A stretch of 43,938 nucleotides of DNA from an uncultured Pseudobdellovibrionaceae bacterium (GCA_964552285.1 CAZKGT010000001.1:1-43938); one strand, 5' to 3'. Positions 1 to 11,086 are shown, counted from the first letter of the stretch. The notes: generated by a model from the sequence alone, not told the origin. A program made the numbers and translations.

Positions 1-2
1 GC

Positions 3-1250
3 GTGAAAGTGGGCAACTCATATGAGCCCGCCGACGGCAAGATTGCCAAGGTCGCCGAGAATATCACAGACGCTGCCGACGAAACCATCGACGCGAAGGG
101 CCTGACCGTTACGCCCGGCCTGATCGACCTTCAGGTCCATGTGCGCGAGCCGGGGCGGGAGGATAAGGAAACGATTGAAACGGCGTCGCGGGCAGCGCTC
201 GCGGGCGGCATCACCTCCATCGTGGCCATGCCGAACACCGCGCCAACGGCGGACAACCAGACGGTAATCGAATTCGTCATCAAGCGGGCAAAAGAACTGG
301 ACCTTATCACTGTCTATCCGTCCGGCGCGATCAGCAAGGGCCAGCACGGGAAAAAACTCGCCGAGATCAACGAGATGAAAAATTCCGGCGCTGTCGCCGT
401 GACCGATGACGGGGTGGACGTGCAGGATGAAGGCCTGCTGCGCCGGGCGATGGAATATGCGAAGACCTGCGGCATCTTGCTGATGAGTCACTGCGAGACG
501 GAAACGCTCACCGGCGGCGGGGTGATGCATGAGGGCTGGGTGTCCACGCAGCTCGGCCTGCCCGGGGTGCCTGCGGAAAGCGAAGATTTCGCCGTGCGCA
601 AAAACATCATGCTGGGCAAAATGTGCGACGCCCGCCTGCACCTGCTGCACAATTCCTCGGCAGGCGCGGTCAAGGCCATTGCCGAGGCAAAGGCGGAGGG
701 CTACGAAAACCTCACGGCGGAAGTATCGGTTCAGCATTTTTCTCTGACCGACGAGGAATGCTTCGGCTATAACACCAACGCCAAGATGTACCCGCCCCTG
801 CGTTCCCGCGATCATGTAGAGGCGATTATCGAGGGCATAAAGAACGACGTCTTCGACGCCTTCACCACCGACCACGCGCCGCATATCGAACCGGAAAAGC
901 TGGAGCCGTTCGTTGATGCTGCTTTCGGCTCAACGGGTCTGGAGACAAGCTTTGCGGTGATGAACACTTATCTCGTGAAGGCCGGGCATATTCCGCTCGC
1001 TAAAGGCATTTCCAAAATGAGCGCGGAACCGGCCCGGATTATCGGCGTGGACAAAGGCACGCTCTCACCCGGCGCGGATGCCGACATTGCCATCTTCGAT
1101 ACGGACAAGGAATGGACCGTCGATGCCGCCAAAGGCTTTTCCAAAGGCCGGAACTGCATCTTTGACGGTAAGACGCTCACCGGAAAAGCCGTGTGCACAA
1201 TTGTCAGCGGCAGGGTGAAATACCGGGACGGGGAAATTGTAAAGCCGTAA
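3..1250 (+). CDS. pyrC: Dihydroorotase (5' end truncated by window edge)
   Basis: The translation contains 'PGLIDLQVHVREPGREDKETIETASRAALAGGITSIVAMPNTAP' and 'DHAPH', typical of amidohydrolase-type dihydroorotase. About 15-20 N-terminal residues seem to be missing. The stop codon is at 1248-1250. Confidence 0.9.
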   Translation: MKVGNSYEPADGKIAKVAENITDAADETIDAKGLTVTPGLIDLQVHVREPGREDKETIETASRAALAGGITSIVAMPNTAPTADNQTVIEFVIKRAKELDLITVYPSGAISKGQHGKKLAEINEMKNSGAVAVTDDGVDVQDEGLLRRAMEYAKTCGILLMSHCETETLTGGGVMHEGWVSTQLGLPGVPAESEDFAVRKNIMLGKMCDARLHLLHNSSAGAVKAIAEAKAEGYENLTAEVSVQHFSLTDEECFGYNTNAKMYPPLRSRDHVEAIIEGIKNDVFDAFTTDHAPHIEPEKLEPFVDAAFGSTGLETSFAVMNTYLVKAGHIPLAKGISKMSAEPARIIGVDKGTLSPGADADIAIFDTDKEWTVDAAKGFSKGRNCIFDGKTLTGKAVCTIVSGRVKYRDGEIVKP

Positions 1251-1259
1251 TGCTTTGTT

Positions 1260-4200
1260 CTATACGATCGTCGACATGTTGCTGGAGTTAAACAGAGCCA
1301 TGTCTATATAGAGATCCTTGCCACCTATTTCAAAGTGCTCAAATCCGCTGCCACTGCCCAAATGCTCTGCGCCCAGATAATCTTCGAAATCAGCTTTAGA
1401 GACAGAACCGGTTGGTGTGCCCGTGGCTAGCTGAACGTGATTATCCGCCAAGTTTCCAACCACATCAATTTTCAGGCTGCCGTCATCTGAGGATTCCAGA
1501 AGACTGAAGATATCATTGATGCCAAGAACAAGCGTATGCATGTTGCCGCCGGAACCCAGCATTTCAATGACTTCGATACGGCTGACATCTTCTGCGCCGA
1601 CATTCCTGAAATCAAGCGTCGAGGCAGCGCCGCTCATGAATTTCAGGGTATCCATATGGCCGCCGCCGTCGATGCTCTTGAACTGATCATCGGATACCAC
1701 GAAATCATCGTCTCCCGCACCGCCGAGGAACGTTATGCCCATATGACCGCCGTCATCCAAAACATTGTTCACGTCACCGCCAACCAGAATCTGGTTGTCC
1801 GCACCCGCCGTTATATTGTCCATTGCCGGATCCTGATCCGGAATTTCGTCGACAGGATTGTTGAACAGATGATCTATTTCCTCATGATGCAGGGACTTGT
1901 GGTAAATCCGCAGATCATCCATGGCGCCGTCGAAATAGTTCATCGATGCACTGAAGTGGGCTCCAATATTGAATGAAGCTCCTGCCGGAGAATGGCTGAT
2001 CCCGTTGCTGTTTTGAACAGCGACCTCATCTCCATTAATGAACAGCATGTATTCACCCATCGCCATGTCGTAAGAAACAGCAACATGTTCCCAGGCTCCC
2101 GTTGCAATCGTCTCTGCTGAGGTAACGGTAAGCATGGAGCTGTTGTCATCGATAACCAGTTCCAGCTGGCCCACGGCGTTAATGCCAAAGAAGAAATCCG
2201 TTTCCGAGCCGTGTTGCTCACTAATGATGGCCTGCCGCACCCCTGTGCTGTTCAGATTGATCCATGTTGAAACCGTAAAGTCCGTTGCGATGCCTGTTGA
2301 CTGAGCGGTGGAAATGTAATCATCCGAGCCATCGAACTGAAGGGCGCCGCCAACGATCTGGTCAGTAGCCGCGGCAACCTCACTTGCACCTCCGTTCCAC
2401 GTACCATCCGGATTTCCACCGACGGCATTCGTTACCGTGGTTCCCGAGGTTTCATCCATCTTCCACATGGCGAACATGCCGTCATAAACATAATCGTTCG
2501 CACCTCCCGGATGGCCGTAAACAACCATGGAAGCACCGGCATTGCTCGTTCCGCCGTCGTCAAGATCCGGCAGGCCGATGACAATATCGCCAAAACCGTC
2601 GCCATTGAGATCGCCAGCGCTGGAAACCTCGAAATCGAAATTTGACGGTGACGTATCATCGCCAAACGGGATGTCATACGTCATCTTGAAGGCTATGGAA
2701 GGATCATCCAGATCATTCGGACCCCCGGCCCGGTAATCACCGCCCGGTCCGCCGCCATAAACGACATAGATATCGACTTCGTGCTCTGAACCGCCAGCCG
2801 TGTTGCGTGTCACGATAATCGCATCATCAATACCGTCACCGTTAAAGTCACCAGCAGCTCCGGCAGAAACCAGCTCAAAACCGGCTGCAGCCGTAACCGT
2901 CATTATGTTCGTCGTATCATTGACGGCTGTTGCGCCACCCGCACCGACAACGTTTAAATCATCGCCGGAAAGAATACGCAGAGCACCCGCGCCTGCCGTT
3001 TCTGCAATAGCGATATCACTGACGCCGTCGCCATTGATGTCACCCATATTGAAGACGGGAATTTCCGGCATCGCACCGTCAACATCGATCATATCGATCG
3101 TGATTGCGTCCGCGGCAAGAGAAATATCCGCCTGCCCGGCAATGACTGAAGACAGGATCAGGTGAACTTCCCCGACATCTGTGCCCCCTCCGTTTGTCGG
3201 CACGGCAATCATGAAATCGCCATGACCGTCACCGTCAATATCACCGGCGCCTGCCACAGTGTGGCCGAGCAAATCATTCATGTTTAAGCCATCAATTTGA
3301 AGGCCGTCCAGGAATGTATCAACCGCCTGCACATTGCCGGCACCGTTAACCGTCACAGGCACAAGATCTGCGCCTGTACCGGCAAGAGCCATATCCACAG
3401 CGCCAAACAAGGATGGCTCGACCGTATCGCTTATGAATTCCGGATTGCTCGGATTCGTGAAGATATCGAATGTCAGGATATGCCCGTCAATCCCGTCATC
3501 GCCCTTCACCACCAGCATATTGCCGCGCACGTCAATGGCCGTAAGATTGATATCAAGCTCCGGCACCATCCCCACGGAAACGCTCCCTAATGATCCACCT
3601 CCATTGCTATAAATACGAATGCTCCGGAAGCCGCCATCCTCCACCAGGACATACATATTCCCGCCGGGCTCAACGGCAATGTCAACCGCACCCTTTAAAA
3701 AACTGGTGGCAGCAACAACGTTTTGGGGCAGGTTCGTCAGTGTTGCCGTATTGATCCGCATGATGCCGCCCTGGGCACCATCGTCGTAAAGCACAAAGAT
3801 ATCGCCAAACGCTCCTTCGAAAATTTGTAATGCGCCGGTAATCGCGGTCGTATCCGTCTGGTTGATTGTCCCACCGTCGGCAATCGTCGTATCAATGTTG
3901 TTTGCAACGACAACCTTATTATTGGCCGTCAGGATATAAGCTGTTGTTCCTAAGCTATCGACAACGATATCCTTGCCGCCGCCATTGCTGGCCACCGCTG
4001 TAATTGATAGCGCTTCAGCCAGTACCGGGGCCCCGCCACCGTAATCCACCCGCGCCAGAATACCCGGGCCGGTAATCGTGTAGACAAACTGGTTCGTGCT
4101 GTCGATATCGGCCGCAACAACGCCTTCCAAATCCGGATCATCAAGCTGGCCGTCGGACGAGAGGAACCCTGCCCCTGTGTTGAAGCGCATCACCTCGAGT

Positions 4201-7200
4201 TGCCCGTTGGGACCGACAGCATCGGAAATGACGAAGAACCTGTCCCCGACACCGTTTGCGGATTCTATGGCGACCGCATTGCCGATCGTACCCATATCAT
4301 CGATAATGCCTGTCCCCAGACCATCGATATGCTGGGAAAGCGGCATATTGTCACCACCGAAAAGCAGATAGGCAGAACCGTTATTACTGAAACCTTCATC
4401 TCTTCCCGGCGCACCGACCAGAACATCGGCAAAACCGTCTCCGTTGACGTCACCGACCCCGGCCACGGACATCCCGGTCATATCGCTGGCAAACATGCCG
4501 TTCAGATCCATAATCAGGGTTCCGTCTTCGGCAATGATCTTCGCATTCCCGGCACTTGAATTCTCGGACGGCGTGCCGACGATGTAATCCGTCATTCCGT
4601 CACCGTCGAAATCGCCGACGGCGGAAACGCTCTCGGCATTCGAGGTATCACCGTCCGGAGGAAGAATGAAAGAGCCGCTCAGGCTTGATAGAACGGTATC
4701 TGCCGGCAACGGCTCCTTTCCGCCGGCGTCATCCGTGTTCAGATCAAATAATGGGACACCGCTGCCGTTACCCATGCCGAAGGCGAGGTTGTCATAGCCG
4801 TCACCATCCAGATCACCGAGCGCCGCAACAAAATCACCAAAGCCCGAGTTGGCGATTGTCCCGTCATCAACAATGATAAATCCTTCATCATGCTCCAGAC
4901 CGGCAGCAATAACGTTCAGGTCCAGCACGCCGGGGTTTCCAAGGCCGTACACATCAAACAGGCCGTTAAACGCGCCGCCGAAATCGACATTTACGGTTCG
5001 CGTTCCATCGGAGAACGTAATCGTGTTACCTGCCGCAACCGTTCCGGAAACATAGTCATACCCGGCATCCATAAAATCGAGCACCAGATCGTCGGCATCA
5101 TCGATCTGGATCGTTAACGTCTGGCCGCTATTGCTGTCGAGCATGAAGTTGCGGATGCTGACATCTATAACATCGTTTTGCGCGTTCGAGCCAAAATCGT
5201 AGATTTCCACGCCTTCGATCCTGTCCTCGGTGCCTTCTGGTTCGATGATAAAATCGCCGGCTCCCGCATTGGTGAATTTCAGCGTGTCGTTTCCGCCGCT
5301 GCCCAGCAAATGGAACTCCACAGAGTCACCGTCTTCCACATCGAATAATGCGGCAGATATTTCAAAAACATCGTCACCGGCCGAACCGACAAATTTCTCA
5401 AATCCGGAAATTGTTTGCGTTGCGCCAGAATTTACGATAACCGAGCCGCCGACAATATCGACATTCACATTGTTCCCGGAACCGTAGGCCGAATAATCAA
5501 GCGTATCAAATCCGCCCGCGGCATTCAGCGTGTAACCGCTGTTCACACTGGAAGACAGCATATTGAATGTGTCGTTGCCGGTGCCGGCATCGAATGTTTC
5601 GACCTGCGCGACAGACTCGTTCTGGTCTGAGCCGGCCTGATCCACCAGCGTCGTCCCTGCGAAGGAAGACATGTCCAGATTCATATCATAGGTAACGCCG
5701 GTTGCATCATATGTGTCCAGACCGGCACCACCTGTAATGTTATCCTGACCGTCATCGTTGTTAATCGTAAACGTATCGTTCCCGGCACCCGCCGTAATCA
5801 TGTCAGCGCCGCCGCCACCGTCATAAACGTTGTCCCCGTCATCGCCGGAGAGAACATCAGCTCCCGCTCCGCCCGTGATGTTGTCAACATCGCCGATGTC
5901 CGCAAGAACCTCTATATCGATCGTGTCAAATCCTGACGAGAAAGCATCGCCAATAGTTGTGTCTTCAATGCCATACTGGCTTCCCACGGACTGGTCCCAT
6001 GCAACGTAATCAAAGCTTGCCGTTCCACTGAAGTCGGCATTGGGAACAAAACGCACGAGATCGGTGCCAAGCAGCAGCAGGGCATTTGTACTGGACACGC
6101 CGGAAATCGCCTGCCATGTTCCGTCAAAATATTCCCACTGACCGTTGGAATCATCGACATCTGTAATGGCAATACCGACGCCGGGTGTCTCCGCATCACC
6201 ATAGTTTGCGCCCATAAGCGTATCGAGATCTTCCCCTGGCGATGAAAAGTCATCCTCGTTTATATTCGTCATGGACGGGAATGTGTTTGCCAAAGTCGGC
6301 GCATCGTTTATCGCCAAGACATCAACTGTTGCCGTATCTGAATTATCTGAAAAGGCTGTGCCACCTGTCGTTGTATCCCAGGTACTTCCGGAACCCCCGA
6401 CTGTCTGATCCCATGCCTTAAAATTGAAGGTCGCGCTACCGTCAAAATCGGCATTGGGAACAAAGCGTATAAGATCATTCGAATCCAGAAGCAGGGCCGT
6501 AGCCGGGGCAGGCGTGCCGATCGCCGTCCAGCCACTACCGTTATCATACTCCCAATAACCATTCCCTGCATCCACGCCTATCACTGCAATGCCATTGACC
6601 GCGCTGTCAACGTCAGTGATCGAGCCACTCACAATATCGAACACTGTATCACCGGCATTTCCTGTATCATCCTCATTCACGTTCGTCATGTTTGGCGACA
6701 GTGGCGTCAGGTCCGGCTTGTCGTTTACTCCTGCAACAGTAACCGTACTAACAGCGACATTACTGTCGTTCACGCCATCATTAACTGTGATTTCGATGGT
6801 ACGGTCTGTTGTATCCGGGTTTTGTGACGTATTGTTGTAAAGAACTTTCTGCAACAAGGACTCATACTGAGCCAGCGTTGCTGTTCCTGAAATTGTAATT
6901 GAATGCGTTCCCGGCGTCAGAGCGAGTGACCATGCTCCTATATTACTCAATCCTCCTGCCGTCATTGACAGGCTCTCCGCGCCGCCATCCTGTGGGTTTG
7001 TAATCTGTATCGTTACGGACTGTATGTTGCCATTGTCATCGTCTAATATTTCGACATCAGCATCAGTAATGGCAATATAACCACCATCTTCGGTGAAAGA
7101 TGCGTTATAGCCGGTTCCGGCCGTATTGCTGTCATTCTGGTCGAGATCAAGCGTCGGCGTCTCATCATTTACCTCATTGATGCCAATATTGAACGTATAT

Positions 7201-9800
7201 GATGATCCGACATTGGTGCCATCTGTCAGGGTAAAATCAAAGTCATCTGAAAAATTCTCGGAATCGTCGTGATGGTATGTCACGTTGCCGTCGATAATAT
7301 CCTGAACACTAAAGGTGTCCGTAGGGGCAAGCGTAACACCGCTCAACTTGAGAACGCCATGCCCTGGCAGCGTATCAATCTGGAACAATGTACCAGAATC
7401 GCCGGTATCGACATCTGACGCCTCGAGCATTGAGAGCGTGAGCGGAATAAAACCGCCCTCATCCAGACTGTCAGAGAGCTGGATTCCGTCATTTGCAACC
7501 AGTCCCGGCGCATTGTCGTTCACATCGCCGATATTGACCGTAATTGTCGCCGTATCGCTGCCGCCATTCCCATCATCAACCTGAATAACAAGGTCGTATT
7601 GCTGGGTGCCCTCATAATCGAGATTTGTATCATCACCGATTGTAATTTCACCTGAAGTTAACCCTATGTCGAAAATACTGTCTGTGTTTCCGCTAAGAAT
7701 ACTATAGCTCAGAGTGTCGCCCGGCAGATCCTGATCTGTTGCCGCAATTGTCCCGACTGAAAACCCGTTTGAAAAGTCCTCATCCACAGTCGTTGCCATG
7801 ATCTGATCGTTCAGCACCGGCGCTTCGTTGACATCGTTGATATCAATTGTAATCGTCGCCGTATCGCTGTAATTTCCGGGGCCGTTGTCAGTAACTTTCA
7901 CCGTCAGAACGTATTGCCCGGTCGCCTCGTGATCGAGCGTGCCGTTGACGGTAATTTCGCCGGTTGCGCTGTCTATATCAAAGACACTGCCCGTGTTGCC
8001 CGCCGTGATGGCATAGGTCAGGACCTGCCCGGCATCCGGGTCGCTGGCCGTTACCGTTCCGACGGACGCACTGGCCGCCGAATTTTCATCTATATTGAAT
8101 GTGCCGTCATTTGCCGTGGGCGCATCGTTCAGGTTTGATATTCCGACCAGGAAAAATTCCGTTACCGAGCGTCCGTCCGGCAATGTCGCCCGGACATCAA
8201 CATCCAGAACATCGCCACTGGTTAAAGCGCCCGATATCAGCTTTACAAAAGCCTGATCTCCCGGACCGTCAACGATTCCCAGCATTCCGCCATTATCATT
8301 CAGCAATGTATAGGAAACATCGGGAAAATCGCCGGTCGTCTCAATAACCGCAATCACGTCGCCAACGGCCAGATTGTCATCGATCAACTGGCGGCTGATC
8401 GTAAGCTCAAGTGGCAGAAGCGGCGGTGGCGGGGGTTCCGCATTACTGCCGGTACTATCCGAATCCTGGCTATTTGACGTTATGCTGGTATCGCCAGTGC
8501 CTCCGGTACTGCCCGTATCCGTCGTTCCTGCCGGATCGCCAGCGGCACCCGACGTGCTGCCCGTATTGGTTGAACCCGAGCTTCCGGTCGTTGTACTGCC
8601 AAATACATTTTCTCCTGACGGAGTTGGAGACGGAGGCGGTGGTGGAGGCAAAGCTCCTTCTTCGCCGCCCTCTGCCGTTTGTGCCGGTTCGGTACCCGGC
8701 TCCGTCTCCGCCTGTTGTTCGGGTGCGGTCTCTTCAGAGCCGGCTTCTTCGGTACCCTCTTCACCAGCTTCATCCGTAGCGTTTTCCTCCGCTGCGCCCT
8801 CTGTCCGGCCTTCTTCAGCGGCGCCTTCCCGCGTCCCTTCCTCTCCGGTAGCGCCTTCGCCCTCGTTACCGCCTTCCTGTACTTCATTGCCCAGAGCGTT
8901 AAAGAAGGTCGGCGTAACGCCGCCGATAGCGGCAAACTTTGCGCCCATGCTTTGGGCGTCCATCTGCCCCATATGCGTAATTTCCCCGGTCTGCGGGTTG
9001 AACATACCGGTCTCGAACTGCAGGGCCAACGTCATTTCCTCGCCTGTGTGCGAGCGCAGGACAATCGCACCGTCCACCACGGTAATCTCACCGGTATCAA
9101 CATTACCGGCAATGGTCGTGCCGCGAATACCGATGGAACCGACCGGCGTGTCGATCTCGACATCATCGGGATCGTCACGGCCAATCAGGCCGCTCGTGAA
9201 AACAAAAACACCGCGCAGCATGGAGAAATTCGAAGACCCGCTCTCCGTCGCGGGATCAAAGACATATTCGTCGATGGCAAGGCGGGCATTATCGGAGACG
9301 GCAAAGCTGGTTTCGTCGATAAAGATAATATTGACCGCGCCGTCGCCTTCTGTTTCAACGATATCACCCTGAAAAATGGGCATGCCGATGCTGATGGTCT
9401 CAACTGTGCCGTCCGTGCGTGTGACGGTTGCACTTCCGGATGCTTCCTCAATTACACCAACCGGGCTGACATCGTCCATCGTCCCGGCCTGTGCGAATTC
9501 GGGGGCCGAGCGGGCAAAGGAATTCACAAGCTCGGGTGTTAAAACCTGACCGTCTTCGGCCATAATCTGGGGCTGGGGAATAGCGGAAAAATAACCGTCA
9601 ATGATGAGAACCGTGCCGTCCGGCGCCTCAAGCACCAGATCCTGTCCGTCTCTTGTGAGCTCAAGATCGCGCAGATCGCCGAGCGTATCCGGCAAATCTA
9701 CCGTCTCACCTTGATGTGCCGAAATTACCTTTTGCGCACCATCTTTAACGATCTCAGAATCGCCCTTATGGCCGTCTACACCCTTGCCTGATCGAATCAT
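1260..9800 (-). CDS. Giant (2,846 aa) secreted adhesin with a FecR-like N-terminal module, cadherin repeats, RTX nonapeptides, FG-GAP repeats and a LamG domain; probable type I secretion substrate
   Basis: A single uninterrupted ORF. Motifs read by eye: 'DLVLEAPDGTVLIIDGYF'; cadherin repeat ends 'DINDVNEAP' and 'GDVNDNAP'; 'GGAGADVLSGDDGDNVYDGGGGAD'; multiple 'GDxDGDGxxD' FG-GAP loops; a LamG-like 'FDGSDDYI...FDGAMDDLRIYHKSL'; and a Gly/Asp-rich C-terminal block with no cleaved signal peptide. Confidence 0.9.
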   Translation of the reverse strand: MIRSGKGVDGHKGDSEIVKDGAQKVISAHQGETVDLPDTLGDLRDLELTRDGQDLVLEAPDGTVLIIDGYFSAIPQPQIMAEDGQVLTPELVNSFARSAPEFAQAGTMDDVSPVGVIEEASGSATVTRTDGTVETISIGMPIFQGDIVETEGDGAVNIIFIDETSFAVSDNARLAIDEYVFDPATESGSSNFSMLRGVFVFTSGLIGRDDPDDVEIDTPVGSIGIRGTTIAGNVDTGEITVVDGAIVLRSHTGEEMTLALQFETGMFNPQTGEITHMGQMDAQSMGAKFAAIGGVTPTFFNALGNEVQEGGNEGEGATGEEGTREGAAEEGRTEGAAEENATDEAGEEGTEEAGSEETAPEQQAETEPGTEPAQTAEGGEEGALPPPPPPSPTPSGENVFGSTTTGSSGSTNTGSTSGAAGDPAGTTDTGSTGGTGDTSITSNSQDSDSTGSNAEPPPPPLLPLELTISRQLIDDNLAVGDVIAVIETTGDFPDVSYTLLNDNGGMLGIVDGPGDQAFVKLISGALTSGDVLDVDVRATLPDGRSVTEFFLVGISNLNDAPTANDGTFNIDENSAASASVGTVTASDPDAGQVLTYAITAGNTGSVFDIDSATGEITVNGTLDHEATGQYVLTVKVTDNGPGNYSDTATITIDINDVNEAPVLNDQIMATTVDEDFSNGFSVGTIAATDQDLPGDTLSYSILSGNTDSIFDIGLTSGEITIGDDTNLDYEGTQQYDLVIQVDDGNGGSDTATITVNIGDVNDNAPGLVANDGIQLSDSLDEGGFIPLTLSMLEASDVDTGDSGTLFQIDTLPGHGVLKLSGVTLAPTDTFSVQDIIDGNVTYHHDDSENFSDDFDFTLTDGTNVGSSYTFNIGINEVNDETPTLDLDQNDSNTAGTGYNASFTEDGGYIAITDADVEILDDDNGNIQSVTIQITNPQDGGAESLSMTAGGLSNIGAWSLALTPGTHSITISGTATLAQYESLLQKVLYNNTSQNPDTTDRTIEITVNDGVNDSNVAVSTVTVAGVNDKPDLTPLSPNMTNVNEDDTGNAGDTVFDIVSGSITDVDSAVNGIAVIGVDAGNGYWEYDNGSGWTAIGTPAPATALLLDSNDLIRFVPNADFDGSATFNFKAWDQTVGGSGSTWDTTTGGTAFSDNSDTATVDVLAINDAPTLANTFPSMTNINEDDFSSPGEDLDTLMGANYGDAETPGVGIAITDVDDSNGQWEYFDGTWQAISGVSSTNALLLLGTDLVRFVPNADFSGTASFDYVAWDQSVGSQYGIEDTTIGDAFSSGFDTIDIEVLADIGDVDNITGGAGADVLSGDDGDNVYDGGGGADMITAGAGNDTFTINNDDGQDNITGGAGLDTYDATGVTYDMNLDMSSFAGTTLVDQAGSDQNESVAQVETFDAGTGNDTFNMLSSSVNSGYTLNAAGGFDTLDYSAYGSGNNVNVDIVGGSVIVNSGATQTISGFEKFVGSAGDDVFEISAALFDVEDGDSVEFHLLGSGGNDTLKFTNAGAGDFIIEPEGTEDRIEGVEIYDFGSNAQNDVIDVSIRNFMLDSNSGQTLTIQIDDADDLVLDFMDAGYDYVSGTVAAGNTITFSDGTRTVNVDFGGAFNGLFDVYGLGNPGVLDLNVIAAGLEHDEGFIIVDDGTIANSGFGDFVAALGDLDGDGYDNLAFGMGNGSGVPLFDLNTDDAGGKEPLPADTVLSSLSGSFILPPDGDTSNAESVSAVGDFDGDGMTDYIVGTPSENSSAGNAKIIAEDGTLIMDLNGMFASDMTGMSVAGVGDVNGDGFADVLVGAPGRDEGFSNNGSAYLLFGGDNMPLSQHIDGLGTGIIDDMGTIGNAVAIESANGVGDRFFVISDAVGPNGQLEVMRFNTGAGFLSSDGQLDDPDLEGVVAADIDSTNQFVYTITGPGILARVDYGGGAPVLAEALSITAVASNGGGKDIVVDSLGTTAYILTANNKVVVANNIDTTIADGGTINQTDTTAITGALQIFEGAFGDIFVLYDDGAQGGIMRINTATLTNLPQNVVAATSFLKGAVDIAVEPGGNMYVLVEDGGFRSIRIYSNGGGSLGSVSVGMVPELDINLTAIDVRGNMLVVKGDDGIDGHILTFDIFTNPSNPEFISDTVEPSLFGAVDMALAGTGADLVPVTVNGAGNVQAVDTFLDGLQIDGLNMNDLLGHTVAGAGDIDGDGHGDFMIAVPTNGGGTDVGEVHLILSSVIAGQADISLAADAITIDMIDVDGAMPEIPVFNMGDINGDGVSDIAIAETAGAGALRILSGDDLNVVGAGGATAVNDTTNIMTVTAAAGFELVSAGAAGDFNGDGIDDAIIVTRNTAGGSEHEVDIYVVYGGGPGGDYRAGGPNDLDDPSIAFKMTYDIPFGDDTSPSNFDFEVSSAGDLNGDGFGDIVIGLPDLDDGGTSNAGASMVVYGHPGGANDYVYDGMFAMWKMDETSGTTVTNAVGGNPDGTWNGGASEVAAATDQIVGGALQFDGSDDYISTAQSTGIATDFTVSTWINLNSTGVRQAIISEQHGSETDFFFGINAVGQLELVIDDNSSMLTVTSAETIATGAWEHVAVSYDMAMGEYMLFINGDEVAVQNSNGISHSPAGASFNIGAHFSASMNYFDGAMDDLRIYHKSLHHEEIDHLFNNPVDEIPDQDPAMDNITAGADNQILVGGDVNNVLDDGGHMGITFLGGAGDDDFVVSDDQFKSIDGGGHMDTLKFMSGAASTLDFRNVGAEDVSRIEVIEMLGSGGNMHTLVLGINDIFSLLESSDDGSLKIDVVGNLADNHVQLATGTPTGSVSKADFEDYLGAEHLGSGSGFEHFEIGGKDLYIDMALFNSSNMSTIV

Positions 9801-10020
9801 ACCGCTCCAATCCGTTATATACCCGTATATGCACTTATTGGCTGTTTAACTCTCGTGCTTCCAACCTTCTTACAGGGTATCGAAATAAGGTTTACAGAAT
9901 CCTAATTTCAGGCCAAAAAAATGGTGACTTTTTTCAACAAAATCCGCTAATCAGATGACTTTCGTACGGTTTAGGCGGGCATGTCCGTACGAGCCATTTT
10001 GACAAGGGAACGATAACGCC

Positions 10021-11067
10021 TTGAAACGTCAGGATTTCAGCTTCGATTTGCCGGAAGATCTTATCGCAGATCAACCCTGCGCGCGGCGCAGCGATAGCCG
10101 TCTGCTGTGCCTGAACGGAGCCAGCGGTCAAATTGTTCATAAAAGATTTATTGATCTGCCCGATCTCCTGCAACCCGGCGACCTGCTGGTCTTTAACAAC
10201 ACGAAAGTTATTCCGGCACGGCTTTACGGGGCCAAACCAACGGGCGGCAAGGCGGAAATCCTGGCCGAACGCATCCTGTCCCCGCAAACCATACTGGCCC
10301 ATGTCAAGGCCAGCAAAGCACCGGGGGAGGGCTCGTCCATCCTTCTGCCAGATGAAACAGAAATACTGGTGGAGGGCCGGCAGGATAATTTCTTTATTCT
10401 TTCGCTTCCTGAGGGCAGGAACTGGCCGGAACTGCTGGAAAAGCACGGGCAGATGCCCCTGCCTCACTACATGCAGCGCGAGGAAAAGGCGATCGACCGC
10501 GAGCGTTACCAGACCGTTTACGCAGAAAAACCGGGCGCCGTGGCCGCACCGACGGCAGGCCTGCATTTCGACGAAGCCCTGCTGGAAACGCTTAAGGCCA
10601 AAGGCATTGAAACCGCTTTCGTCACCCTGCATGTCGGAGCGGGAACGTTCCAGCCGGTTCGCACGGACGATATCCGCGAGCATAAAATGCACGCCGAATA
10701 TCTTGAGGTAGACGAAAATACCTGCGCAAAAGTCATGGAAACGCGCCGCGGGGGAGGACGCATAATCGCTGTTGGCACGACAAGTGTCCGGTGTCTTGAG
10801 ACAGCCTGGAAAGATGATAAATTGCACCCCTTTATGGGTGATACAAATATCTTTATCTATCCCGGCTACCGTTTTCAGTGTGTCGATGCGCTTGTCACGA
10901 ACTTCCACCTGCCGGAATCCACCCTGCTGATGCTGGTCTGCGCCTTTGCCGGTTTTGAGAATATCATGACGGCCTATAAGGCCGCCGTTACAGAAAATTA
11001 TCGCTTTTTCAGCTACGGGGATGCTATGTTCATAACGCAAAATCCGGATGCGGACGGTCCGGATTAG
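10021..11067 (+). CDS. queA: S-adenosylmethionine:tRNA ribosyltransferase-isomerase
   Basis: The N-terminus '(M)[18 protein letters not shown]' parallels E. coli QueA 'MRVTDFSFELPESLIAHYP'. Other matches are '[12 protein letters not shown]' and 'VGTTSVR'. The start codon is TTG at 10021. Confidence 0.92.
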   Translation: MKRQDFSFDLPEDLIADQPCARRSDSRLLCLNGASGQIVHKRFIDLPDLLQPGDLLVFNNTKVIPARLYGAKPTGGKAEILAERILSPQTILAHVKASKAPGEGSSILLPDETEILVEGRQDNFFILSLPEGRNWPELLEKHGQMPLPHYMQREEKAIDRERYQTVYAEKPGAVAAPTAGLHFDEALLETLKAKGIETAFVTLHVGAGTFQPVRTDDIREHKMHAEYLEVDENTCAKVMETRRGGGRIIAVGTTSVRCLETAWKDDKLHPFMGDTNIFIYPGYRFQCVDALVTNFHLPESTLLMLVCAFAGFENIMTAYKAAVTENYRFFSYGDAMFITQNPDADGPD

Positions 11068-11086
11068 ACAGGATACAGGTGACGTC

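Noticed and set aside
8374-9372. 332-aa plus-strand ORF rich in S, P and V
   Set aside because: It is the reverse-strand reading of the low-complexity spacer of the giant adhesin gene. No start context supports it, and it overlaps an 8.5-kb ORF with clear domains.
9300-9800. LapG-type di-alanine processing site in the N-terminus of the giant adhesin
   Set aside because: I found no (T/A/P)-A-A-(G/V) motif in the first ~120 residues, and no lapG or lapD genes lie nearby. A retention-module mechanism therefore cannot be claimed.
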